DNA of 64,000 nucleotides, taken from Spirogloea muscicola (lineage: Eukaryota). A program made the position numbers and the translations under genes. Under the pieces are notes generated by a model. That model saw only the letters and a list, made by a program, of their open reading frames with translations. It was not told where the DNA came from and ran no database searches. The stretch is from contig WELB01000019.1 of the NCBI GenBank assembly GCA_009602725.1, positions 1,051,682-1,115,681 on the forward strand, read 5' to 3'. Position 1 is the stretch's first letter, and every line of letters begins with the position of its first letter. Below are positions 11,126-22,372 of the stretch, in pieces.

Positions 11126-13476
11126 CTAGTAACGACCTCCGCCTCCGTAAGAACCGCTGGGCTCGTAGCCTCCGCCCCCTCCATAACTGCCGCCGCCACC
11201 GCCAGCACCATATCCAGTACCACCTCCATAACCCCCGCCCCCGCCATACCTAAGGGCACACCACAATAACAACATCATCAGAACAGTTGCTACACATCCC
11301 CTCTGACTCAACATCCCCTCTGGCTCACCTATGAGCCCTCAACTTAAGTCCGCAACTCTGGCTGATGGAAGAACTTAAGCATGTAACATGTTGGCAGCCA
11401 GAAATGCTTACCCTCCACCTCCACCATAACCCCCGCCTCCGCTCCGGGCTTCAGGACAATCTCGAGAGATGTGCCCCTCCTGTCCACAATTGTAACAAGC
11501 TCTACTGCCTCCTCCAGAGCGACCGCCAAATCCGCCACCATAACCCCCACCTGAGCCAGACGGGCCATTGGGACACTCGCGAGCGAAGTGCCCAGGCTGC
11601 CACGAGCACAACCAAATGTCAATCACCAAGAGAAATGGGTCATAACAAGAGTAAGTGGAGGTCAACTTGATGACATAGCCCTTGCACATTGGTGAGGCTG
11701 AGTAGGAGACACGTGTGTGAAACATGTAATTTACCTCTCCGCACTGATAGCAACCGCCGCCGCCACCGCCGCCGCCGCCGCCAACACCTGACCGCCTGCC
11801 GCCCCATGCATCTCCATAAGACGTGCGCTCAGTCTCACGGCCCCTGCTGAAACTTGAGAAGGTCGGGTCATCCCTTCCGCCGCCCCCATATCCACCTCCT
11901 CCTCCATAGCCTGCACCACCCCCAAAGCCTCCTCCACTTGCTCCATAGGCTCCGCCCCCATAAGCGCCCCCTGCAGGTGCTCCTCCATATGCACCGGCAG
12001 GTGCACCACCAACACCTGGTGCAACTACTCCTCCAGCCCGTTCCTCGGCTTCCCTCCGCTTCTCCGAAGGCCGCTTGGCAGTTCCAGCCTGCGCCTTCTC
12101 AATTGCAATTTTCTGCAACAGCAGTCCGAGGCAGCACTTCAATAAAAGAGTGAGAAGACCTACTAATGATAATGAGGTGTGTGTGTGAGCATCCAATAAG
12201 CAGACAATGCGCAACAAACATCAGGGAGTGAAGAACAGTGCCCCGTGTATATGCATCTAACCAGACACTACTAATCAGTGTCTTGCTAATATCAGCGCAC
12301 GCAAGATACGATAAGACCCACCTCAAAAGACTCCAAGAGCTCTTCGTACTTCGTCTCCTTCAAGGCCACCTCATCCTTCAGTGACTTTGTCTCATCAGGA
12401 TCAGACACCTTCTCCAACTCACTCCTGGCAAATGCGAGCTCAGCTTCAGCTGCCTTCTTCTCCTCGTGCTGCTCAGGCGTGAGAACAAGCTGTCATAAAG
12501 ATCGACAAGCACAAAAGTGTAAGCTACAATCGTCACCATGCCCAACAACTCGACTGGCGAAGGTCAACGAAGAGATAGACTCTTCCTGCAGTATAACTCA
12601 AAGTACTGGTGATGTAAGTAGCGAGCTTGTTTTCCAGCGTATGAGCTACAGATCACTGAATTCGAATCCAATCAGGAGAAGGCCTAATATGCATGTGCTG
12701 CACATCAAGGCCTCGAACACATAGACTATGTATGCTGGGGCTTGAGAGGGTTCATGTCATTGCTTGATATACACATGAGAAGACTCAGATCCCCTGCAAG
12801 TTGAATGACGTGTATGTAAGACCTAGCTGGTCAATCATAGTCACAACAGTCATCAAATCTACATCAGCAGCCTCAGGAGCCAACTGTCAGCTTGAAACTC
12901 TGGGGATACTGAAGGGGACTTTGACATGTACCGATGGCTTCCAGTCTTTCTGCACAAGCTCCTTGAGAAGCTCCGTCTCATTCTTGCCCTCCCGCTCAGC
13001 TATGATCTGCTCACGTGGTCGTGCTGCTCCGAAGGGGTTGGGCTGCAGCAGGACGGTCAGGACATCCGTGAAAGGCAGTCAGTCCCTTGCTCAACATCGC
13101 CCCAAGGCAGCCAGGATGCATGTCAGCAAGCATGGCATGCCAACCTTGGCAAAGGGCAACAGGCACATGCTGACGGACCTTCGCTGCAGCTAAGCATCGA
13201 GCCTCTAGCACTCAGACGCCGCACGATCGTGCGAGGCGCAACACGGCCTTCGTACGAAGCTCAACAAGGCGCGAGATAGTGGCCGGCGAGCTCCACGAGA
13301 GGCCTGGACGGAAGGGAGGCCAGGGGCCCGGGCCGGGGCCGTCACAGGGGAGTGCGGCGAACCTTGGTGGTCTTCGCGGGCGCGACGGCGGCGGCGGCGG
13401 CGGTGGCATCGTCGCTGCGCGGCGCGAGCGAGAGCTTGGGGCGCCCGGCGGGGACGTCGTCGGCGGCGTACTCCAT
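11126..13476 (-). CDS. Plant eIF4B-motif, coiled-coil, glycine-rich protein with two CCHC zinc knuckles
   Basis: Exons 13476-13363, 13042-12932, 12489-12322, 12112-11735, 11596-11412 and 11249-11126 join in frame. The product reads [21 protein letters not shown]...[14 protein letters not shown]...[18 protein letters not shown]...[14 protein letters not shown]...[14 protein letters not shown]...YGGGGRY*. Confidence 0.85.
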
Positions 13477-14045
13477 GGCGGGCGGCGGCGCGGCGGGCGG
13501 TGGTGCGGCGACGGGCGCGGGGCGCGGCGCTGGCGTGGGGCGCTGGAGCGGAGAGGCGCCTTCCAGACTGCCCGCCAGCCCTAACTACCTCGCGGGGGCG
13601 CCACTAACATCATCATTAACCTATAGTAGTGATGTTAAGAGCATCATTCGTGCGAACGGCACCGGCGCAGCCGTCGTCGGACGACCGTTTATTTCATTCG
13701 GGCTTTCGGTTGCCCCACCTTCGCAGTCTAGATAATAAATACTGCATTTGTTCACCGAACACTGCCGGCGTCGTTGCGCGTGACGCTCCCCCGCCCCTGC
13801 AGCTCCGGTGACGACGGCGGGGGGGCTGACGACGGTCCTCTGCGGGTCGGAGCGGTCCTCCGCGGGGGCGCCCGGCTCGGCCGCCCGGTCGTGGCGGCCC
13901 GGAAGCCTCCGAGGCCGGCAGAGGATCCTCTGCCGGCTGAGCGCCCGCTGCGGGAACTCAGATCTCGTGAGCGAAGCCCCCGGCGTGAGCATCCCGACGA
14001 GGACGAGAGCGGGCCCGAGGATGCAGAGATAACCGTTTTCCATCN

Positions 14046-15074
14046 TCCTCATGCTGCTCAGGCGTGAGAACAAGCTGTCATGAAGGTCGACAAGCACAGA
14101 AATGTCAGGTACAATTGTCACCATGCCCAACAAATCAATACAGACTGGCGAAGGTCAACGAAGAGATAGACTCTTCCTGCAGTATAACTCAAAGTACTGG
14201 TGATGTAAGTAGCGAGCTTGTTTTCCAGCTTATGAGCTACAGATCACTGAGTTCGAATCCAATCAGGAGGAGGCCTCATATGCATGTGCTGCACATCAAG
14301 GCCTCAAAAGCACTTAGACTGTATATGCTGGGGCTTGAGAGGGTTCATGTCATTGCTTGATATGCACATGAGAAGAATCAGATCCCCTGCCAGTTGAATG
14401 ACCTGTATGTAAGACCTAGCTGGTCAATCATAGTCACAGTCATCTAATTTACATCAGCAGCCTCAGGAGCCAACTGTCAGCTTGAAACTCTAGGGATGCT
14501 GAAGGGGAATGTGGCATGTACCGATGGCTTCCAGTCTTTCTGCACAAGCTCCTTGAGAAGCTCCGTCTCATTCTTGCCCTCCCGCTCAGCTATGATCTGC
14601 TCACGTGGTCGTGCTGCTCCGAAGGGGTTGGGCTGCAGCAGGACGGTCAGACATCCGTTAAAGGAAGTCAGTCGTTTACTCAACATCGCCCCACGACAGC
14701 CAGGATGCATGTCAGTGAGCATGGCATGCCAACCTTGGCAAGAAGCACAGAGAGACCATATGCCAAGAGACCTTTGCTGCAACTGAGCGTCGGGACTCAA
14801 GCCCTCAGAAGCCGCGCGATAGTGCGAGGCACAACAAGGCCTTCGTACGAAGCTCAACAAGGCGCGTAACGCGAAAAAGTGGTCGCGAGCTCCACGAGAG
14901 GCCTGGACGGGAGGGAGGCCAGGGCCGGGGCCGGGGCCGTCACAGGGGAGTGCAGCCAACCTTGGTGGTCTTAGCGAGCGCGACGGCGGCGGCGGAGGCG
15001 GTGGCATCGTCGCTGCGCGGCGCGAGGGAGAGCTTGGGGCGCCCGGCGGGGACGTCGTCGGCGGCGTACTCCAT
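14046..15074 (-). CDS. Second, partial copy of the eIF4B-motif gene (exons 1-2 and start of exon 3)
   Basis: ATG at 15074. Exons 15074-14961, 14632-14522 and 14073-14046 are nearly identical to copy 1. The copy is cut at single N 14045. Block ~12468-14044 is repeated as 14046-~15590. Confidence 0.75.
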
Positions 15075-15780
15075 GGCGGGCGGCGCGGCGACGGGCGCGG
15101 GCGCGGCGCTGGCGTGGGACGCTGGAAACGGAGTGGCGCCTTCCAGGCTCCCCGCCAGCCCTAACTACCTCGCATGGGCGCCACTCACATTAACATTACT
15201 CTCAAGTAGTGACACTGTGAGCATCGTTACTACGAACGGCACCGGCGCAGCCGTCGTCGAACAACGGTTAAAACATTCAGCGTTCGGTCACCCCACTTTC
15301 GCGCTCAGGATAATGAAGACGACACTTGTTCACCAATCAGTGTAGGCGTCGTTGCGCGTGACGCTCCAGCGACGGGCTGACTACGGTCCTCTGCGGGTCT
15401 GAGCGGTCCTCCGCGGCGCGTCCGGCCGCGGCGGCCAGGAAGCCTCCGAGGCCGCCAGAGGATCCTCTGCCGGCTGAGCGGGCCGCTGCGGACTCAGATA
15501 ACGTGATCGAGCCCCCCCCCCGTGAGTCTCCCGACGAGGACGGCGCGCGGCGCGGGGGGCCCGAGGACGCCGACATAACCGCTTTCCATCAAGCGACTCC
15601 CCCGCGGGCGGGCGGAGGCCTTCCCGAGGTTTGGGGTTTAAGCCCAGCCGCCGCCTGAGCCGCCCGCGGCGCCCCCGCCCTCCCGGCCCCGCAGCCGCCA
15701 CCCACAGCAGGGCGCCGACGTCTGCGGCGTCGTCCTCAACGTGGCTGACATACCCAACCGGCATAATGGCGGGCGCGCCG

Positions 15781-17471
15781 TCATGCCGCTGTCGGCTTAA
15801 AGGTCCTTCCATGGGACAGCCACTTCTTCTGAGAGCCTGTGCTGGGCACCCGGCTCATCTCAGATAGGCGTCCAGCTCGTCCGTCTCCTCGGCAGTCGCC
15901 TCCGTCGACGTCCTTATCCTCTTCCCGTCGCGAGGGCCCGTCCTCCCCCTCTTCTGCTGCTGCTTGTTCCTGGTCCCCCACAAGAGAACATTCCTGTCTG
16001 ATGTAAGCGTTGGTCAGTAGATTTGACATGTGGAAACAAAGTACTGGATTCAGCACTATGGTGGCCATGATGGCGGCCTTTATATATGCTTTTCCGCCAA
16101 GCAGTGCTTGATTCCACAAATGACTTCACATGCCACATCTCCACGCTTACCAATAGATAGCACAGATTAAATCACTGGCATAAGCCCAAAGAGATGTTGG
16201 ATGTGTTGCACTTACGGGCCATTTGATGGTGTCGTTGACACCTTAAGTCGACTTCCAGCAACTGCAGCTTCGGGCCTTCCCTCTGGACACGCACAGAAGA
16301 TACAACTTTGCATTGCATGGCAGTGCTGGAACATCCATAAGCATCAAGAAGGAATCAAACAAGAGCACACTGCTTGCTTGCCCAATTGCATAGATCAGAT
16401 GCAAAGGTGCAAAGGTGCACTAACCCAATTGAAGACCAGCCTCCTTCTCCTTGACCTATCACATCGACCCCAATAGACGATTATCAGGCTTGCCCGTGTC
16501 ATAGAAGGGTCTGGAGAAGGCAAAGAAATAATTGTTCGCAACTCGCTACCCTCAGCAGCTGAACAAGACTTTATAGCCCTCCACATAACAGCACGACCAG
16601 CATTAACGCAACACTGGAACTGGAGCTGCCACATGAGGAATACAAGTAATAGCATCTACTGCATAAGCAGGACACACAACAGCTTGCTTCCATAAGCAAG
16701 CGACCACTTCTAGAATGATTGACACGCCAGCATTGTGAAATTGAATCTAGGTGCTGACATTACAAGAAGCTCACCGCTGGTGATGTGACAGATGACAGCG
16801 AGAACAGGCGATCCTCTGGCTGAAATTTTCGAGGCCTCTTGGTGCTGCACAGAAAATACTCTCGTCAAGGTGCTGCAATGAATGACGATATAAGGTCTTT
16901 GACAACATAAGGTGTCTAGATACTAGCATCTACTTAAGTTCGACACTATCACCGTCCAGTCCAGAGGACCAAAATGTACAGCTCATCGTAGGCAAGCATG
17001 TGACAACTATCGCAGTACTAGACACTCTGTAAGCATACACCATATGCAGTGGCCCTGAGCAGGTATCTTGTTCATTCAACAAGTAGAAGCTCAATCTGAT
17101 CACAGCGAAATTTCTCACTTGCTGGCATTTTTTGTCGAGGATAAGAACCCATCGAAGCCCTTGAGGACGTTGCCGCATTGGCTAGTGTCGTGCAGGTAGC
17201 TTGTCTCCAGATCGTACACCTGTACACCAAGCCAGATTCCAAGCACACTACAACGCTGTTTCTCAAGACTCCGCTTGTTACGACACAATTTGAATCAACA
17301 AGACCCATTGAAATGCCCAGCAATGTGGGACAGGCTTGGAAAGGCTTGTGAAAGCACCTGCTTCTCAACGTTGCGCAGCTCCTCCTCCAGCTTCTCCTTC
17401 TTGGCGAGCAGCGCCGCTAGGGAGGCAGGAAAGGTGGACATAACGCGTCTTCGGCCAGCATCAACCACCAT
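15781..17471 (-). CDS. EAF6: Chromatin modification protein EAF6/MEAF6 (NuA4 subunit)
   Basis: Exons 17471-17358, 17219-17119, 16844-16775 and 15993-15781 give LLAKKEKLEEELRNVEKQ-VYDLETSYL...GNVLKGFDGFL...KRPRKFQPEDRLFSLSSVTSPA. The last exon is less certain. Confidence 0.9.
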
Positions 17472-20038
17472 CCCTCTCAGCCCGGGCTCACGACCGCGAC
17501 CATGGCCGAAGGGCGAGCTGCGGGCTGTGGAGCAAGGCCTTCGGCAGCCCAAGGGCCAGCCCGCCCGGAAGCTCTCAGCGAGCCCCACCGCCTGGATAGG
17601 CCGCCCAAGCACGGCCTTGGTGTCGCTCCTCGCTTGCAACGCCCGACTCTGGCTCTGGGACGCCGCCACAGCGATCAGCCCGGGCCCGCGAGCGCCGGGA
17701 GGGGCGTCATCGAAGTCGGCAGCGGCGCCAGCTGGCCTGGCAGCGGCGGCAACGAGCGCAGGCCCTGTGGGTGCAGTCTTCCTGCCTCTCCGGCTCGACT
17801 TCCCCTGGAGCTCAACTGGCCGAGACGATTGATGGGGCCTCCGCGGCTAAGTCCCACGACGAGCTCCCCACCAGCTGGGCTGGCCTGGCTGGACCTTGGG
17901 GGCTGGGGGTGGGGAGGTCCCTTCCCCTAGCCGGCGGTGAGCTCCTATGGAGGAGGGAGGTATTCGGGGGGGTTGCCGGAGCTTCGCTGTAGTCACGCGG
18001 CTGATGGCGGGGTCCTCGAAATCGTTTCCATCACTTATTCTAAATCGGGCGCACGCCCTCGTGTTTTTAGGGTTGAGGGTCTTTAGGGCTCCGGTCGAGG
18101 CGCACGAGCGCCCACAACCGGGTCCCAGCGACGGGACCGGCCCCGGTTCCGCTCCACCGTTCATTGTGCCCAGGCTCCCTTTACCTTAGCCCTCAGTGTT
18201 TCGTAGATTTAGCAACTTTCCCTTGGCCCCCCTTAGCACCTGTTAGAATCTTCGAGAGTCTTTGCTTGTGTTGTTTTTCTGTGCTCATCTACACACTTTC
18301 GGCCCCTTTCGACTTCGTCGATTACTGTCGGGTTGGCTGTTGACAGCCCTTGCCCCCTACTTTCACTTTCCTAACAATCTTCTGGCTTGCTTTGGCCTCT
18401 TACTTCAAGCGCACCGCCCTCCTTCGAGAGATGGACTCTTCAATAGAGGGCGATGTCTGTGTTTGGCCAGCCCAGCGCCTTCTGTTCTTAAGAGGGACTT
18501 CCCAGGAAGAAACAGTGCGGTGCGCATAAACTGGAGAGGCCAGGCCAAGCCAGTACATTGTTGTGGTCAGAACAAAGAAATCTCAACATGCTCTAAGATA
18601 AGAGAACGAAAAGCATCAACAGAAGGGGCACAGGAGGCAATTGCTATGAGGCCAGCCTAGAAGAGGAAAATGCCTCCATCACTTCAGAGGGATGGCCGTA
18701 CAAGGGCAGCCCAGATGACAAGTCCGAAGGGGCCAAGTAGCATCAAATCACACAGTTACGCAAGTGGCTGCTGATTAAAGGGTGCTTACTACCCCCTAGC
18801 CAGCAGCCGCAAGTCAGAGTTGCGTGCAGTCGGAATACTGTCACCACGGCGATACCATAGCGGCCTGGCCACGAGTACACTGTGACCGCCTAGGAACACT
18901 AAAGCGAGACCGGAAGCCACTTGAGAGTACCGAAGCGAGCGACCTAGTGGCCTTATTGCCGGGCTGCTCACCTTCTGGCCTTGACATTCGGATGCTACTC
19001 GCCGTGCAAGGGCTGAAGAAGTTCCAACCAACAAAAGCTCTTCCAAAGGGGGCAATACTTACGAGAGCCCAGCCCAGAGGAACATCTCTCTGCAGAAGAG
19101 AAACCCCGATTTGGCAACAGCAAGTCGGGGTATTTTGCAGCTGGAAAAAAGACACTCGATGAGACCCAGAAGCAGCAGCCATAGCGTGGCCTGCCAGCGA
19201 GTGCACTGCGTGAGCCAGGGAGTTGGAAGGAGACAAATAGCCGCCTAATACCTGGGCAAGCGACTCGGCAGCTGTGAAGCCGGGCAGCTCTTCCCACGCT
19301 GACCCTGTCGCAGATGGCCTGCCGGGCAAGCCCTGCAGAAGGTCCAGCCAGCGTCTGCCGAATGCCCCGTGCACGTCTATCGCAAGCGCCGCGACCTCAT
19401 CTCCAGCTGGGTAATCAGCATATTTGCGCTCTTTGCCACAGGCCGCCGTGCCGACCGCGTGCCCTTCTTTATACTGCTTACGACGCCGATTTGGTGCGGT
19501 TGGCGCAGTATTCACGACATCCGCGATAATGCGGGTACACAGTCTGAAAAGGCGGATGGCGCAAAAGCTTGTGCATTCCCTAGCATTCGCGGTTCAATTG
19601 GCGTGCAGGCCGAGCTTTGGCGGTGGCCTCCGGCTTCTGTCAGGCGACGTTTTTCCGCAGGCTAGCTCCTCAGATTTGCATCTCCTGACTAGAGGTTACT
19701 GAGCGTCCCCTGGCTGATGTCTTAGTCCTAGTCCTTCGCACTCCGGCTCCTTCAGACCTTGTCCATTTCATTGGGCTGGCCTTTCCCAGCCACCAGTCAA
19801 TCTGGCCGCGCTTTCTTTGGGCTGGCCTCTCACAGCCAACGCTGTCATTTTGGAAGAGCAGATTTTTCAAAAGCAGGATACTGGTCACCAAGACGTCAGC
19901 AAGTGGGCGCTCAATTACCTTCTAGTCAGCAAGTGCAAGTCAGAATCTAGATGGCGGAAAAGCGTCGCCCTGACGGAACCCGGAGGTAGCAGCCAAGGTG
20001 CGGCCTGCGCGATGGGGCGAAGGCTGGGAAAGAGAAAG

Positions 20039-20489
20039 AAAGTGCTCGCCCATTGAGAATAGGGGCTGGAAAAGCCAGCCCAAAAAAGAATGAACAGAGT
20101 ACGAGAAGGGGGCCAGGGGAAGCGCTAAGAAAAACAAGCACACAGAGAAACAAAGCAGCTACGAATCACTCAGAAACCCCTGCTAAGCAGCCGCAGGTCG
20201 GAGATGCTGGGCTCGTGGAAGTGGGTCCCCGGCCAGAGCCAGAAGAAGGCAGCAGCGAGGGCTCTGCCGGCACGAAGGTGCGACGCCCGGGCCATAGACC
20301 TCTGCAGCGAGACGGCCAGGCGCATTCGATACACTTGCGCCAGCGACCCGGCTGCAGGAAAGTCTACCGGCTCCCCATGGAAGCGTCTGACGATGGTGTG
20401 GCGGGCGAGCCGGGTGAGCAGCTCGAGCCACCGAGCGCCCAGCGCCCCGTGGGTGTCCATTGCCAACGGGAAGAACTCGTCTTCCCGCG
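20039..20489 (-). mobile_element. 5'-truncated CRE-like copy with a 20-bp target-site duplication
   Basis: FFPLAMDTHGALG...YRMRLAVSLQRSMARASHLRAGRAL...SDLRLLSRGF* plus UTR and tail. It is flanked by gaaggctgggaaagagaaag at 20019-20038 and 20490-20509. Confidence 0.85.
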
Positions 20490-20686
20490 GAAGGCTGGGA
20501 AAGAGAAAGCCCAAATTGTCTGGTGGCTGTGAGAGGTTAGCCCAAAGAAAGAAAGAAAGAAAGAAAGAGAGTGCTCGCCCATAAAGAAGAGAAAAACCGT
20601 GTATTAGAAAGAAATGTAGGCCAAATGGCCAGGTACAAAGGCAAGCACATCTGAAGATCTACATAACCTATAGCAGATTGACCCGC

Positions 20687-21200
20687 TCAATAACTACGGG
20701 TCAAAACATAAAGGTCACTACTCGATGCATGAATACTAGATGCCAGGAACGTAGCCCTTCTGCCACCTACTAGAGCTCGGCCAGCTTTCTGGTGCAAAGC
20801 ACTAGCCTGAGCACGCTGCAAACAGGCCGAAACTCGTCGTCGCAAGAGCGACAGATATGCAGCTGGCAAGCCCATCTCAGCCGGAAACACATCTGCACGT
20901 CGAGTGTAGCCTAGATTTTGAAGCAGAGTGTGGAAGCGAGGACCCAGACAGCCAAAGATGTCGATTGCAGCTGGCAGGAGTTGATCGCATTGGGGGTAAT
21001 CGGAGTAATGCCGCAGTTTTCTTTGCTCTGCTCCGCCCACTGCGTGCCCAGCAGTATGTGTTGATGCTGGGTCTTCATATGCCTCCGTAACAACAACGTC
21101 GACCAGGGCCCGTGGTCCTCCACCAGGTTGCACGCCCACGATGTCAAGTGTGCGGCGATGATGACGTCCCTGGGCGTCTGTGGACCTATTCCACCATCCC
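20687..21200 (-). mobile_element. Restriction-like endonuclease (RLE) C-terminal domain of a CRE-clade non-LTR retrotransposon, 5'-truncated
   Basis: The sequence reads RTLDIV...ALVDVVVT...AGHAVGGAEQRKLRHY...LLPAAIDIFGCLGP...LRRRVSACLQRAQASALH. It follows the CRE-type pattern RPxD...(L/V)DV...A..AE..K...Y...P.A.(E/D)..G..G...RLS..LQR.NA. No RT domain is present. Confidence 0.8.
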
Positions 21201-22372
21201 ACTTGCAGCGGTTGCGCGCAGAAGAGGAGCTGGCAAAGCCAGCCCAATAAAGAATGGACACTGTCCAAAGCCAAAAGAAAAAGGTGCAGAAAAAGGACTA
21301 CACTACAAATCACAAGACGATGCAGAGGAAAGCTCAGTACCCGCGAGTGACCAACATCAAGTCAGAGTAGCTCGCTGCAGGGAAAGAGAAAGCGCGGCCA
21401 GATTGATTGGTGGCTGGGAAAGGCCAGCCCAAAGGAATGGACAAGGTCTGAAGGAGCCGGAGTACGAAGGACTAGGACTAAGACATCAGGGAACGCTTAG
21501 TAACCGCTAGTCAGGAGATGCAAGTCTGAGGAGCTAGCCGGCGGAAAGACGTCGCCCTGACGGAAGCCGGAGGCCGCCGCCAAAGCTCGGACTGCGCGCA
21601 AGTGAACCGCGAAGGCAAGGGACCGCTGAAAGAAAGAAGAAAGGGCTCGCCCATTGAGGATAGGGGCTGGACAAGCCAGCCCAAAAAAGAATGAACAAAG
21701 AACAAAGAGGGCCAGAGGAAGCCAGAGGAAGCGCTAAGAAACCAAAGCACACAAAGAAAGAAAGCAGCTACAAATTACTCAGTAAACCCTGCTAAGCAGC
21801 CGCAAATCAGAGAGGCTAGGGTCCTGGAAGTGGGTCCTGAAAGAGGCACTCCACCGAGAGCCAGAGGCAGCAGCCATAGCACGGCCTGCTCGCGTGTGGA
21901 CGGCGTAAGAAAGAAGTGGCACTCCCAACGGGGGCAAGGGCTGCGAAAAGCCAGCCCAAAAAGAATGCACAATATCCCAAGCCAAAGCGTAGGCTGGGGA
22001 GCGTTGGAACGAACCCGCCAGGTGCAAGCGAGCGAACCGGCGGCGTTGAAGCCGGGCATCGCCCCTGGCAAACCCGGCCGCCGGTCAATGGCCTGACGAG
22101 CAAGCCGCTGGAGGAGATAGGTGGGAAAGCAAGCGCACAGAGAATGACTGAAGAAATATACAAGTGAAGGAACAAGGCCCCAAGAGAAATGGACAAGGCA
22201 CAGGAGCACAACAAATTGCGGCGGAGCCGAGCGCCACCGAACGTGACCGGGCCGGTCCGCTAGAACCGCCCCTGGCTCCGCCTCTCTCCCGCGCAAAACA
22301 TACGAAGCTGGCCCTGCGCAAACATCATTCCCCTCCAGCGCTGCCGCCAAGCTCGCCGCCGGCGGAGCCGCC

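Larger units (their letters stand above)
18230..22230. mobile_element. Cluster B: nested array of CRE-like retrotransposon 3' ends, mostly on the minus strand
   Basis: At least 8 ORF ends of the SDLxLL(T/S)RG(Y/F)* type, with stops near 18789, 19702(+), 19913, 20170, 20687, 21334, 21497 and 21779. Most are followed by a hairpin-bearing UTR and a TTTC tail. Confidence 0.85.

Noticed and set aside
19745..19860. Self-cleaving ribozyme (HDV-like or hammerhead) in the repeated structured module
   Set aside because: I could not find a CUGANGA/GAAA core or an HDV nested pseudoknot by eye. The module is at the element's 3' end, whereas such ribozymes are usually 5'. An Infernal search would settle it.
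18230..22230. CRISPR-like or regular repeat-spacer array, suggested by recurring gccagcccaaa...aatggacaa motifs
   Set aside because: Spacing is irregular, orientation is mixed, the repeats are divergent, and no cas genes are present. The pattern is explained by retrotransposon 3'UTRs.
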